A program made the translations under genes and the position numbers. From Demequinaceae bacterium (GTDB lineage: Bacteria; Actinomycetota; Actinomycetes; Actinomycetales; Demequinaceae): a stretch of DNA of 32,000 nucleotides. Within the stretch, counting starts at the first letter, position 1. Every line of letters starts with the position of its first letter. Below the pieces are notes generated by a model that saw nothing but the letters and a program-made list of their open reading frames with translations, was not told the DNA's origin and made no database searches. Of the stretch, positions 7,925-18,054 are shown piece after piece. The stretch spans positions 810,001 through 842,000 of the forward strand of contig OZ252279.1 of NCBI GenBank assembly GCA_965250005.1. Direction: 5' to 3'.

Positions 7925-9069
7925 CCGCCTCCCCCCGCAACATTCCAAACGATCAAGCCCAGCACAAAGGCGGCAGCGGCAAGGATGACGATCTGTGGCC
8001 AACCGAAGTGGCTCGCGCCCCCTGCAGGGTGTACTTCCACAACCGGACGCGGAATCGCGCCCGTCCCCGGGGCGCCAACGGCACGCATCCCTCCGGTCGC
8101 TGGACCAGAGTTGAACGCAGGGGGAGACACGGCGCCAGGAGCACCTGCGCCGGGGACCATCGCTCCCGTGGACTGACCCCCTTGAGCCGAAAGCGTCCCA
8201 GGTGTGGCCAGCTGGGGCGCGGAGCCCCCCGGCGCGAACGGGCTAGCTGCCACTTGAGCGACCGGCACAGTCGCAGGCTTTGGTTGCGGCGCCCCTGGGG
8301 GCGCCACCCCATCGGGCGGCGCGGGAGGCGCCCCGGGTACCCCGGGTGGTTCCTGCATCGGGCTCCCGAAAGCCGGGGTGACCTCAGAGAGAGCGGGAAC
8401 CCCCACAGGGGCCTGCTGTCCCCCATCGGCCATGAAAGCGGCCTCCGCCTCGTAGCGATTGCCTCCCGTAGCAGCGGCGTTGACCGCATCTAGCGCGGCG
8501 GCGGCAATACCGGCCACTTCGCCCCCACTTGCGGCCTGGGCGGCTTGCTGCTCTTCAATCTCCGCCTCGGCCGCGAGAGCCTTGTGCTGCAGGGAACCAG
8601 GTGGGAACATCGCTGCTCGTTCCTTCGCTGTGGGCCGCTTAGGTGCGACAGGCGCCTGGGCCTCGGGCTGGGCCGGAACGTACCCCGCGTCATCGCCACC
8701 GACAGGAGACCTCTCAGTGACCATGCCGCCCATCTCGCCGGTAGCGAGCTTCGCGTCTTCCTGCGCGGAAGCGGCCTTCTCACGTGCGATTTGCTCTTGT
8801 TCCACGATGCGCTCCGGCGTCATCGCCGGAGTCCTGCCCGTGTGCCGCATTTCTTCTTCAGCTGTCCACGTCTCCACAGGGTTCTCGAGTCGCTCGAGCC
8901 TGCGGCGTTCGCGGCGAGATAGCCCTGCCCCGTCGGCTTCCGCCTCTACCGCGGCCGAATCTGCCGTCGGCAAAGCCTCGGTGGTGCCCTCTGCGGACTC
9001 CACTGAAGCTGCCCTCTGCTCCGTCTCACGCCGTTCCCGGCGCGAAACCGGGTGTGACGACTCAGTCAT
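7921..9069 (-). CDS. Ala/Pro/Gly-rich hypothetical protein with C-terminal transmembrane segment
   Basis: Likely start MTESSHPVSRRERRETEQ inside ORF 7921..9114. Long low-complexity region, ending WPQIVILAAAAFVLGLIVWNVAGGGG. Overlaps the rsfS start. Confidence 0.8.
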   Translation of the reverse strand: MTESSHPVSRRERRETEQRAASVESAEGTTEALPTADSAAVEAEADGAGLSRRERRRLERLENPVETWTAEEEMRHTGRTPAMTPERIVEQEQIAREKAASAQEDAKLATGEMGGMVTERSPVGGDDAGYVPAQPEAQAPVAPKRPTAKERAAMFPPGSLQHKALAAEAEIEEQQAAQAASGGEVAGIAAAALDAVNAAATGGNRYEAEAAFMADGGQQAPVGVPALSEVTPAFGSPMQEPPGVPGAPPAPPDGVAPPGAPQPKPATVPVAQVAASPFAPGGSAPQLATPGTLSAQGGQSTGAMVPGAGAPGAVSPPAFNSGPATGGMRAVGAPGTGAIPRPVVEVHPAGGASHFGWPQIVILAAAAFVLGLIVWNVAGGGG

Positions 9070-9658
9070 CGGCTCCTCCACGATACAACTTGTGCTCCTG
9101 TATATAATCGGCAACAGCGCCGGGGACTAAATACCGGACCGGCTGGCCGCTCTTGACCCGCGCCCGGACATCCGTCGAGGATACCGGCAAAGCAGGTACC
9201 TCAACCAACGTAGCGCCCGGTGCCCCGGGGGGTAACGAATAGCCGGGCCGAGTCACTCCCACGAATGTCGCCAACGTACGCAAACGCTCCGATTCCTTCC
9301 ACTCGTCGAGACGCTGCAGAGCGTCGACTCCCGCGACAAAATGGATATCGGCACCCGGATACTCCGCGGCGATATCCGTCAGCGTGTCCACCGCGAACGT
9401 GGGCGCGCCGCGCACCACGTCAACGTCCGAGATCTCCAACCGCGGGTCATCTGCAACCGCGAGTCGGGCCATCGCGAGCCTGTGCACAGCCGGAGTAACT
9501 TCTTCCGCGCTCTTGAAGGGTTGCACGTCAGCCGGCACCAGCAGCATTCGGTCGAGCGCGAGCACGGAGTGGACCTCGCTCGCTGCGACCAAGTGACCGA
9601 TGTGTATGGGATCGAACGTGCCGCCGAAAACGCCGATACGGAGGCTTGGTTGCTTCAC
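9062..9658 (-). CDS. nadD: Nicotinate-nucleotide adenylyltransferase
   Basis: RIGVFGGTFDPIHIGHLVAASEV...FVAGVDALQRLDEWKESERL...ISSTDVRARVKSGQPVRYLVP. Confidence 0.96.
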   Translation of the reverse strand: MKQPSLRIGVFGGTFDPIHIGHLVAASEVHSVLALDRMLLVPADVQPFKSAEEVTPAVHRLAMARLAVADDPRLEISDVDVVRGAPTFAVDTLTDIAAEYPGADIHFVAGVDALQRLDEWKESERLRTLATFVGVTRPGYSLPPGAPGATLVEVPALPVSSTDVRARVKSGQPVRYLVPGAVADYIQEHKLYRGGADD

Positions 9659-9660
9659 GG

Positions 9661-9816
9661 CTAGTGGCGCGTGCCGACGCTCCGGAACGCGTACACCACA
9701 AGCAGCAGTCCGATAAGGGTGCCGAGCGCGAGCAGACCGTAGGCCTCCGCCGGGATGGGTAGTTCTGCGACGGCGTGTTCGGCGTCGGGTGCGAGTTCAG
9801 TCAGCAGGCGAGTCAC
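9661..9816 (-). CDS. 51-aa small membrane protein (not in supplied ORF track)
   Basis: GTG start preceded by AAAGGAGAAGCC. Translates as MTRLLTELAPDAEHAVAELPIPAEAYGLLALGTLIGLLLVVYAFRSVGTRH*, with one predicted TM helix; fits the gap between nadD and proA. Confidence 0.75.
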   Translation of the reverse strand: MTRLLTELAPDAEHAVAELPIPAEAYGLLALGTLIGLLLVVYAFRSVGTRH

Positions 9817-9870
9817 GGCTTCTCCTTTGTGCGTTGGGCCAATTGTTCCACGTTCGCGGCTATCGCGCTG

Positions 9871-11157
9871 TCACGCGCGAATGTGTCCATCCCCGTACAC
9901 AACCCACTTGGTAGTTGTGAGTTCCGCGAGCCCCATGGGTCCGCGGGCGTGAAGCTTTTGCGTCGAGATGCCGATTTCCGCGCCTAGCCCGAATTCTGCG
10001 CCGTCGGTGAAACGGGTGGACGCGTTCACCATGACAGCCGCGGTGTCCAGTTGGCTCACAAACTTCTCGGCCTCATTGATGTCGTCGGTGACGATCGCCT
10101 CGGTGTGCCCCGTCGTATAGCGCTGTATGTGCTCAATCGCCTCGTCGATGCTGGCGACCACCTTGACGGCCAGGTCGAGCGACAGGTACTCGGTTCCCCA
10201 ATCCGCGTCCGTGGCCTCGACCGTGTCAATGTCCGCTGGCGCGAGCGCACGCGTCTGTGTGTCGGCGTGAAGCGTGACGTCGGCGCCGGACAGCGCAGTC
10301 AGGAGTGCAGGCATCACCCGCTCCGCGGCGTCTTTGTGGACCAGGAGCGTCTCGGCCGCGTTGCATACACCCACGCGTTGAGCCTTGGAGTTGACGGCGA
10401 TGTTGACCGCACGCTCGGTCGGTGCGGACGCATCGACGTACACGTGACAGTTGCCCTCGCCAGTCTCAATCGCAGGCACTGTGGACTCCATCACAACAGT
10501 CTGAATCAGGTCGTGGCCGCCGCGGGGAACAAGGACGTCCACAAGGCCGCGCGCCGTCATCATTACTTTGGCGCCTTCGCGTCCGTAGGCGTCGATGCTC
10601 TGAACCGCGTCGCGGGGAAGGCCGACGCTCTCGAGCGCCTCCTGCAGCACATCAACAATGACCTCGTTCGAGGAGGCCGCAGCAGAGCCGCCACGAAGCA
10701 CGGCGGCGTTGCCCGACTTGAGCGCGAGCCCAGCAGCGTCCACAGTCACGTTGGGACGCGCCTCATAGATCATGCCGACCACGCCCATGGGCACCGACTT
10801 CTGAATGAGTCGCATACCGTTCGGCAACGTGGAACCGCGGCGAACTTCGCCTACGGGATCCGGAAGCGCGGCGAGATCGCGAAGGGCGTCGGCGATCGTA
10901 ACAATTCTGTCGTGCGTGAGTTGCAGCCGATCAAGGAGTCCAGGAGACATGTCATTGTCGCGCCCACGCCGCACGTCGAGAGCGTTGGCGGCGACGATGC
11001 GCTCAGACTGGCCGACGAGGCTGTCCGCCATTGCATGGAGCGCTAGGTCCTTGGTTGCGCGCGTCGCCGTCGCGAGCGCGCGCGAGGCAACCTTGGCACG
11101 AGAGCACGCCTCAAGGACGGCTTTGCGTGTATCTGTGGCCGCGACGGTGTCAGTCAT
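9871..11157 (-). CDS. proA: Glutamate-5-semialdehyde dehydrogenase (gamma-glutamyl phosphate reductase)
   Basis: SVPMGVVGMIYEARPNVTVDAAGLALKSGNAAVLRGGSAA...GRGPMGLAELTTTKWVVYGDGHIR. Likely start MTDTVAATDTR. Confidence 0.96.
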   Translation of the reverse strand: MTDTVAATDTRKAVLEACSRAKVASRALATATRATKDLALHAMADSLVGQSERIVAANALDVRRGRDNDMSPGLLDRLQLTHDRIVTIADALRDLAALPDPVGEVRRGSTLPNGMRLIQKSVPMGVVGMIYEARPNVTVDAAGLALKSGNAAVLRGGSAAASSNEVIVDVLQEALESVGLPRDAVQSIDAYGREGAKVMMTARGLVDVLVPRGGHDLIQTVVMESTVPAIETGEGNCHVYVDASAPTERAVNIAVNSKAQRVGVCNAAETLLVHKDAAERVMPALLTALSGADVTLHADTQTRALAPADIDTVEATDADWGTEYLSLDLAVKVVASIDEAIEHIQRYTTGHTEAIVTDDINEAEKFVSQLDTAAVMVNASTRFTDGAEFGLGAEIGISTQKLHARGPMGLAELTTTKWVVYGDGHIRA

Positions 11158-11261
11158 GGTTCCAGTGTAAGCGCGGGCGGGGGCCGGTAGATGTGTACAC
11201 GGGATCGTCACCCTGCCCGAACGCCTAGTTGAGGCAGCATCAACAGCGCGGCGCAGTGAAT

Positions 11262-12386
11262 TCAGTGTTTGGCGACAACGACAAGGTCATCAATGTGGAC
11301 CAACTCGCGGGCGAACTTCTCGCCCAGCTGCTCGCGCAATTCCTTGGTGCTGAGGCCAAGCATCACCGGGATCTGGTGCGCTGCAAACTTCGCTAGCCCG
11401 CGGGCGAGCAATGTGCCATCGGGCCCAACGAGGTCGACAGGGGCCTCGGCTTCAAACTCGCCGCGCACCGCAGTCACTCCTGCCGACAACAGCGAAGCCT
11501 TCCCGCCCACGACAGCACGGGCGGCACCATCGTCTAGAACGAGCTGCCCGGTGGTCTTGGCTGCGTGCGCGAGCCATTGGAGGCGCGCAGTCGCACGCTT
11601 GCCTGTCGCAGCAAACAAGGTCCCGGCCTCGGCACCCACCACGGCCTGTGCCGCCTTCGCCGCACTCGTGAGCACCACCGTCACGCCAGAGGCGGTCGCG
11701 ATGGCGGCGGCCTCGAGCTTGGTGACCATGCCCCCCGTCCCAAGAGCGTGACCGCGATGAGAGATGTCGATGTCTTCGAGGTCGGCCGCCGTCTGAACGT
11801 GTTTGATTAGCCTCGCGCTCGCGTCGCTCGGTGACGCAGAGTACAGGCCGTCAACATCGGTTAGCAGTATCAGCGCGTCCGCTGCGACCACCGTGGCAAC
11901 CAGGGCGGCGAGCCGATCGTTGTCGCCAAACCTGATCTCGTCGGTGGCGACCGTGTCGTTTTCGTTGACGATTGGCACCACGCCGAGCTCGAGCAGGCGG
12001 TTGAGCGCGCGCTCGGCGTTGCCGTAGTGGCTGCGGCGCATCAAGTCGTCTGCAGACAGCAGCACTTGGCCGGCGCGAATCCCATGCTTGTCAAAGGCGC
12101 GTGCGTACGCGGCGATGAGCATTCCCTGCCCGACCGAGGCCGTAGCCTGCGCCGAGGCGAGATCCTGCGGGCGCTGATCCAGTCCCAACGGCTTGAGTCC
12201 CGCGGCTATTGCGCCGGACGTTACCAGGATCACCTCTTGACCCCGGCCGCGCATGTGGGCGACGACATCAACCAGTGCGGCCAGGTTTTCTTCTGCGAGC
12301 GAGCCGTCGGCGGCGGTGAGGGAAGAGGATCCGACCTTGACGACAACACGACGCGCCTCGGCAACGGCCGTGCGCGTGTCGCTCAT
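11262..12386 (-). CDS. proB: Glutamate 5-kinase
   Basis: [14 protein letters not shown]...[12 protein letters not shown]...[29 protein letters not shown], plus a C-terminal PUA-like region. Confidence 0.96.
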   Translation of the reverse strand: MSDTRTAVAEARRVVVKVGSSSLTAADGSLAEENLAALVDVVAHMRGRGQEVILVTSGAIAAGLKPLGLDQRPQDLASAQATASVGQGMLIAAYARAFDKHGIRAGQVLLSADDLMRRSHYGNAERALNRLLELGVVPIVNENDTVATDEIRFGDNDRLAALVATVVAADALILLTDVDGLYSASPSDASARLIKHVQTAADLEDIDISHRGHALGTGGMVTKLEAAAIATASGVTVVLTSAAKAAQAVVGAEAGTLFAATGKRATARLQWLAHAAKTTGQLVLDDGAARAVVGGKASLLSAGVTAVRGEFEAEAPVDLVGPDGTLLARGLAKFAAHQIPVMLGLSTKELREQLGEKFARELVHIDDLVVVAKH

Positions 12387-13948
12387 GAGTCCTCCTGCTG
12401 GTCCGCCTCTACTGGCGATTCGTCGCCGTCAGCGTCGTCCGGTGATACCCAGTGTCCCGCGTCTCGTTCCGTTGACAACTCATCACGCGCCGCAGCCTTG
12501 GCATCCATGCGTTCCAGGTGGCCGCGTCTGCGCTCCTCGCGCGTCTCCCGGCCGGCACGCTCGTGGCTCTCAAGCCTGAGATCCGTGCCGCGCTGTCCCA
12601 ACAACTCCGCGCCCGTGGACATGGTGGGCTCCCAATCGAAGACCACGCCGCCAACGCGCTCTCCTATCACGACTTCCGCGCCGGGCGTCGCCCCTGCCCG
12701 GAACAGGGCGTCCTCGACTCCCAGGCGCGCCAACTTGTCGGCGAGGAACCCGACGGCCTCGTCGTTGTTGAACGCGGTCTGCTTAACCCATCGTTCTGGC
12801 CTAGCGCCGCGTACCTGATAGAAATCCAATTCGCCGTCACGCACGTGCGTGACCGTAAACCCGGCATCGTCCATCGCGGCGGGCCGCAACACCATTGGTG
12901 CCGCCTCGAGGGCGGGAGCTGCCGCCCGAGCCTCGGCAATGAGCGTGGCGAGCGAGAACCCGAGTTCCTTGAGGCCCTCGTGGCTAGCGGCGCTTACTTC
13001 GAAAATGGGGATGCCCAGCGCCTCGAGATCTGGGCGGACGATCGCGGCGAGTTCGCGCCCGTCCGGTACGTCAATCTTGTTGAGGATGACGACCTGCGGC
13101 CGCTCGGCCAAGGGCATGGCGTTGATGTCGGGATCACTTTGGTACGCCGCGAGTTCAGCCTGAATCACCTTGAGGTCGCGAACAGGGTCCCGGTCGTTCT
13201 CGAGCGTCGCCGTGTCCAGCACGTGCGCAATGATGCTGCACCGTTCGATGTGCCGCAGGAAGTCGTGCCCCAGGCCCTTGCCCTCCGAAGCTCCGGCGAT
13301 CAGTCCGGGTACGTCGGCCATAGTGAAGCGCGCGCCGCCCGCGGCGACTACGCCGAGGTTGGGAACCAAGGTGGTGAAGGGATAGTCTGCGATCTTTGGG
13401 CGCACTTTGGACATCGCCGCGATGAGTGAAGACTTGCCCGCGCTGGGATAGCCCACGAGCGCGACGTCGGCGATCGACTTGAGCTCGAGGACAATGGACG
13501 CCTCGTGACCTGGCTCGCCAAGCAGCGCGAATCCGGGCGCCTTGCGCTTGCTTGACGCAAGCGCAGCATTACCCATTCCCCCACGTCCGCCTGCGGCGAC
13601 CACGTACTCGGCGCCGTCGCCAACCAAATCAGCAAGCACATCGCCCTCGATATTCTTGACGATCGTGCCGTTGGGGACGGGGAGGCGCAGGTCCTTGGCT
13701 TTGGAGCCGTGCCTGTTATCGCCCTCGCCCTGCCCGCCGTTCTCCGCCTTGCGATGCGGCGCGTGGTGGAAATCGAGCAGAGTGGTGATCTGTGGGTCGA
13801 CGTAGATCAGGACAGAGCCACCCTGGCCGCCGGTGCCGCCATCGGGGCCTCCGAGAGGCTTGAACTTTTCGCGGTGGACGGATGCGACGCCGTGGCCACC
13901 CGAGCCGCCAGTCGCGTGCATGGTCACGCGGTCAATGAACGAGGTCAT
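12383..13948 (-). CDS. obgE: Obg family GTPase
   Basis: [44 protein letters not shown]...[19 protein letters not shown]...[13 protein letters not shown]. Confidence 0.97.
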   Translation of the reverse strand: MTSFIDRVTMHATGGSGGHGVASVHREKFKPLGGPDGGTGGQGGSVLIYVDPQITTLLDFHHAPHRKAENGGQGEGDNRHGSKAKDLRLPVPNGTIVKNIEGDVLADLVGDGAEYVVAAGGRGGMGNAALASSKRKAPGFALLGEPGHEASIVLELKSIADVALVGYPSAGKSSLIAAMSKVRPKIADYPFTTLVPNLGVVAAGGARFTMADVPGLIAGASEGKGLGHDFLRHIERCSIIAHVLDTATLENDRDPVRDLKVIQAELAAYQSDPDINAMPLAERPQVVILNKIDVPDGRELAAIVRPDLEALGIPIFEVSAASHEGLKELGFSLATLIAEARAAAPALEAAPMVLRPAAMDDAGFTVTHVRDGELDFYQVRGARPERWVKQTAFNNDEAVGFLADKLARLGVEDALFRAGATPGAEVVIGERVGGVVFDWEPTMSTGAELLGQRGTDLRLESHERAGRETREERRRGHLERMDAKAAARDELSTERDAGHWVSPDDADGDESPVEADQQEDS

Positions 13949-14106
13949 CGCACCCTCCCTTCAGTTCCGAGTTCGGCAAACGCGAACGATGCGGCGCGTC
14001 GTCGTGCCATCATCCCAGGCATGGCGGGGACCGGATGACGGCCATAGACTCGCGCCAAGACCCCGAAGAGGTAGCCATGGCAAAGTAAGCCAAGAAGAAG
14101 CCGTCC

Positions 14107-14655
14107 GTGCCGACCGTCAGTAGCGCGCCCAAGGAGAGGAACTGGCTGCCGATCATCGGCATTCCCATTGGGATTCTCCTGCTGATAGTTGTCGTGCTGC
14201 TGGCCGTCCTTGTCACCAAGGACGACGTGCCGCTGACTGAGCCCTCTCCGTCCATCACTCCCGATCCCGCCGTTACGGAGGATGCCGCGCCGAGCGAGAC
14301 GCCGTCGCCAGACCCGGAACCCGAGCCAGAACCAGACCAAGAGCCAGATCCGGGCGCCACATTCGTCGTCTTTCAGGTCTCTGGCGCTCCAGCGATCTGC
14401 GGGAGCGAGAGCGATATTCAGGGAGTCTTCTTCAACTACGCGACGCAGAACGCGGTCGCGGCGTGGATTGGCGTCGATACCAGCACCGGAAACGCGAAGG
14501 GGGAGCCATATGACTCGATCGACCCGGCGACCGGAGACATCGACATGAACTTCGGCTGTAGCGAGGAATCGCACACCTACACGATTACTCTTGAAAACAG
14601 CGACGGCGTACTCACGCACAAGACCACAACGATTACGCGAGTGCTCGCGCCATAG
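14107..14655 (+). CDS. Membrane-anchored hypothetical protein with Pro/Glu-rich linker
   Basis: NWLPIIGIPIGILLLIVVVLLAVLVTKDD TM segment, PSPDPEPEPEPDQEPDPG linker, then an extracellular-type domain. Start uncertain (see findings). Confidence 0.75.
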   Translation: MPTVSSAPKERNWLPIIGIPIGILLLIVVVLLAVLVTKDDVPLTEPSPSITPDPAVTEDAAPSETPSPDPEPEPEPDQEPDPGATFVVFQVSGAPAICGSESDIQGVFFNYATQNAVAAWIGVDTSTGNAKGEPYDSIDPATGDIDMNFGCSEESHTYTITLENSDGVLTHKTTTITRVLAP

Positions 14656-14672
14656 GCGCAGGCCCGGTGCGG

Positions 14673-14927
14673 CTAAGAAGCTGCGACGATGTCGACGACC
14701 TTGCGGCCGCGACGGCGACCAAACTGGACAGCGCCAGCCTGGAGTGCGAAAAGCGTGTCATCCTTGCCACGGCCAACGCCGAGGCCGGGGTGGAAGTGGG
14801 TTCCGCGCTGACGGACGATAATCTCGCCTGCGTTGACGACCTGGCCGCCAAAGCGTTTGACGCCCAGGTACTGAGCGTTGGAGTCGCGACCGTTGCGCGA
14901 GGAACTTGCGCCCTTTTTGTGTGCCAT
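14673..14927 (-). CDS. rpmA: 50S ribosomal protein L27
   Basis: [48 protein letters not shown]. Confidence 0.98.
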   Translation of the reverse strand: MAHKKGASSSRNGRDSNAQYLGVKRFGGQVVNAGEIIVRQRGTHFHPGLGVGRGKDDTLFALQAGAVQFGRRRGRKVVDIVAAS

Positions 14928-14937
14928 TGCGGTTCCC

Positions 14938-15246
14938 TTACTTGATCCCAGTTACCTTCAGGCGCGTGAGATCCTGTCGGTGTCCGATGCGCCTGCGGTA
15001 GCCAGTCTTGTTCTTGTACTTGAGGATGTCGATTTTGGGGCCGCGCTCGTCGCGCACGACCTTTGCGGTCACCTTGATCTTGGCGAGCTCTGCTGACTTG
15101 GTCGTGACCTTGTCGCCGTCCACGAGCAAAAGGGCAGGAAGCTCAACAGTGGCGCCCTCGCTTGCCTGGAGGCGGTCGACAACGACGACGTCACCAACGG
15201 CGACCTTCTCTTGACGGCCGCCGGCCTTAACAATCGCGTACACCAT
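14938..15246 (-). CDS. rplU: 50S ribosomal protein L21
   Basis: [27 protein letters not shown]...[26 protein letters not shown]. Start trimmed from the 15414 ORF. Confidence 0.97.
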   Translation of the reverse strand: MVYAIVKAGGRQEKVAVGDVVVVDRLQASEGATVELPALLLVDGDKVTTKSAELAKIKVTAKVVRDERGPKIDILKYKNKTGYRRRIGHRQDLTRLKVTGIK

Positions 15247-15413
15247 GATGCTGTTCCTTTTACGTCTACGTGTGTCCCCGTCGCGGCGCAATCCGGTGTG
15301 GATCGCTGCTCTGAGGGGGTGCGGCGCATTCACGCCGACTGCCAAAGATACCTTCCCTGCTACCTGCGGGTCAAACTCCGCACGGCGCGCGATGTGCGCG
15401 GTGCGGCACATCA

Positions 15414-17561
15414 TTACTCGCCCTGAGTCGCCTTGCCGTCGCCATCGGGCGCAGTCTGCTCGCCGTCGTGCGCATGATGCGCCTTCTCTGCGGCGGCCGC
15501 GATGCTTGCGAGCGTCGACTTCACTGCGGCGCGGCTCTCCTCTCGGTCGTCGAGCGCGTGGGTTTCACCACTGTCGGGCTCAACCTTCTTCTTGCCGGAG
15601 GCGCGCCCTTTGCGGCCCCGCTGGGGCTCTTGATCTGCTGTCTCGGCGACGGGCTCACCGTGAACAAGGAAGCCGCGGCCCTTGCAGTGTTCGCAGGTCT
15701 CCGAGAACGCCTCAACCAGGCCTTGGCCTACGCGTTTGCGCGTCATCTGGACCAGTCCAAGCGACGTGACTTCGGCCACCTGGTGCTTGGTGCGGTCGCG
15801 GCCGAGGCACTCGATGAGGCGTCGCAGTACGCGGTCGCGGTTGGCTTCGAGCAGCATGTCAACAAAGTCGATGACAATGATGCCGCCGATGTCGCGCAGC
15901 CGCAGTTGCCGAACGATCTCTTCAGCAGCCTCAAGGTTGTTGAGGGTCATAGTCTCTTCGAGAGTGCCGCCCTTGCCAACGAACTTCCCGGTGTTGACGT
16001 CGACCACGGTCATCGCCTCGGTACGGTCGATGACGAGCGATCCACCGGACGGCAGGAACACCTTGCGGGCCATCCCCTTCTGGAGCTGCTCGTCGATGCG
16101 CGACTCAGCAAACACATCCTTGTCGCCCACAAAGTGGTGCAGGCGCTCGACGAGGTCGGGCGCGACCTGACCCACGTAAGCGCTTAGCGAGTTCCACGTG
16201 TCCTGACCCTGGATTGTGAGCGAGTCGAAGTCTCCGTTGAAGATGTCGCGAATGACGCGTAGCGCCATGTCGGGCTCACCACGCAGCAGGACCGGAGCCT
16301 TGCCGGTCTTGGATTCCCGTTCGATGCCTTCCCACTGGCGCTTGAGGCGCTCAACATCCGCGCGTAACTCTTCTTCGCTCGCGCCCTCGGCTGCGGTGCG
16401 CACAATTACGCCCGCGCCCTCGGGAATCACTTCGCGCAGCAACTTCTTGAGGCGCATGCGCTCGGTGTCGGGGAGCTTGCGGCTGATGCCGGTCACACCG
16501 CCGCCAGGAACGAAGACCAGGAATCGCCCGGCAAGGGAGATCTGCGACGTCACGCGTGCGCCCTTGTGTCCGATCGGGTCCTTGGTTACTTGCACCATGA
16601 TGGCGTCGCCGGGCTTGAGCGCGAGCTCGATACGGCGCGGCTTGCCCTTCATTTCGGCGGCGTCCCAATTCACTTCACCGGCGTACAAGACGGCGTTGCG
16701 GCCTCGGCCTACGTCCACGAACGCAGCTTCCATCCCGGGCAGAACGTTCTGGACGCGCGCCATGTAGACGTTACCCGCCATGGATTGCTGTGCCTGGTGG
16801 GAGACGTAGTGCTCGACTAATACGTCGTCCTCAAGCACGGCGATTTGAACGCGGCTGTCGAGCTCGCGCACCACCATTGAGCGCTTGACGCTCTCGCGGC
16901 GCGCGAGGAACTCTGCCTCAGAGACGATGGGGCGGCGCGTCTCGCGGCCGTCCCTGCGGCGCTGACGCTTGGCCTGCAGTCGCGTCGAGCCAGCAAGTTG
17001 ATCTTCCCCGCCGCCCGATGCACTGCGGCCGCGTCCGCCGCGCCTACGGCGACGTGAGGTGGACTGACCGTCTCCGTCGTCATCATTCAAGTCGTCGGAC
17101 CCGGCGGCTTCGCCGCCACTGCTTCGCCCGCGACCGCGACCACCACGGCGGCGGCGCCTGCGCGTGCCGGGCTCAGCATCACCGTCCGCGTCGCTAGCGT
17201 CGCCTTCGCCACCAACGGCGTCTGACTGAGGCTCAGCCGCGGCTGATTTCTCCTCGGCCTTCTTCTTGGCCGGAGTCTTCTTTGCGGTTGACTTCTTGGC
17301 GGTGCGCTTTTCGGCAGCGGGCTTCTCGGCAGCGTCAGATTCTTTGGCCACCGCCTTCTTGCGCGGCGCCTTCTTCGCCACTGGCTTGTCAGCGTCGACC
17401 TTTGGCGGGCCAGCGGGCGCCGAGGCGCGACGCGACTTGGGTGCGGCAGCAGGTTCGGGGGCTTGGAATACCACGGAAGTGTCAGAGATTTCGGGTGTTG
17501 CGTTGTCCTCGCTCAAAGCGGGTACCTCGTGCCGGCGACGAACCACACTTCGCCCCGACAT
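15414..17561 (-). CDS. rne: Ribonuclease E/G family
   Basis: [30 protein letters not shown]...[36 protein letters not shown]...[16 protein letters not shown]...CEHCKGRGF, with a Lys/Ala and Arg/Gly-rich N-terminal extension. Confidence 0.95.
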   Translation of the reverse strand: MSGRSVVRRRHEVPALSEDNATPEISDTSVVFQAPEPAAAPKSRRASAPAGPPKVDADKPVAKKAPRKKAVAKESDAAEKPAAEKRTAKKSTAKKTPAKKKAEEKSAAAEPQSDAVGGEGDASDADGDAEPGTRRRRRRGGRGRGRSSGGEAAGSDDLNDDDGDGQSTSRRRRRGGRGRSASGGGEDQLAGSTRLQAKRQRRRDGRETRRPIVSEAEFLARRESVKRSMVVRELDSRVQIAVLEDDVLVEHYVSHQAQQSMAGNVYMARVQNVLPGMEAAFVDVGRGRNAVLYAGEVNWDAAEMKGKPRRIELALKPGDAIMVQVTKDPIGHKGARVTSQISLAGRFLVFVPGGGVTGISRKLPDTERMRLKKLLREVIPEGAGVIVRTAAEGASEEELRADVERLKRQWEGIERESKTGKAPVLLRGEPDMALRVIRDIFNGDFDSLTIQGQDTWNSLSAYVGQVAPDLVERLHHFVGDKDVFAESRIDEQLQKGMARKVFLPSGGSLVIDRTEAMTVVDVNTGKFVGKGGTLEETMTLNNLEAAEEIVRQLRLRDIGGIIVIDFVDMLLEANRDRVLRRLIECLGRDRTKHQVAEVTSLGLVQMTRKRVGQGLVEAFSETCEHCKGRGFLVHGEPVAETADQEPQRGRKGRASGKKKVEPDSGETHALDDREESRAAVKSTLASIAAAAEKAHHAHDGEQTAPDGDGKATQGE

Positions 17562-18054
17562 TTGTCGGTCGTGGTCCGCGAAATGCGGCCACGCAAGTCT
17601 CTAGGTCGCGGCTTACAACGGCGCCTCAGTGGCCTTGCTCCTGCCCCCGGATATCTCCCGCGGCTTTCCGTGGGGATCCTGCCGAGCAGGTGCCAATCTC
17701 AGTCGCTGCGTCTGTCGCACGGGTTACACGCGGTGTGGTTGCGTGTTGACCTCATGTCATTCTGCCATACCCGCGCACCGAAGCCTCGCTCTTGCGCACA
17801 ATATGGGCGACAGAAGTTGCTCGCTCCTGCGTCCCGGCAAAAGAGGTGCGGGAGGCTCCAGGCGCAGAAGCCACCGAGTCCCACTCAACTGACGTGATCG
17901 CCACGACTGCCGAGCGCCTCAAGCTCGACGGAAGCGGGGCATCGCGCGCTCACCTTTTCGCGATGCGGGCTCAACGCCGTAACGTGGAGATGATGACGCA
18001 CGATCACTTGATCGACAACATGGTCGATACGGGCGTTCACTATGGCTCACTGAC

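Noticed and set aside
10051-11046. 331-aa + strand ORF
   Set aside because: Fully antisense to proA, low-complexity Arg/His-rich translation; shadow ORF typical of high-GC DNA.
12518-13429. 303-aa + strand ORF (and 12027..12818)
   Set aside because: Antisense to obgE and proB, whose protein motifs are unambiguous.
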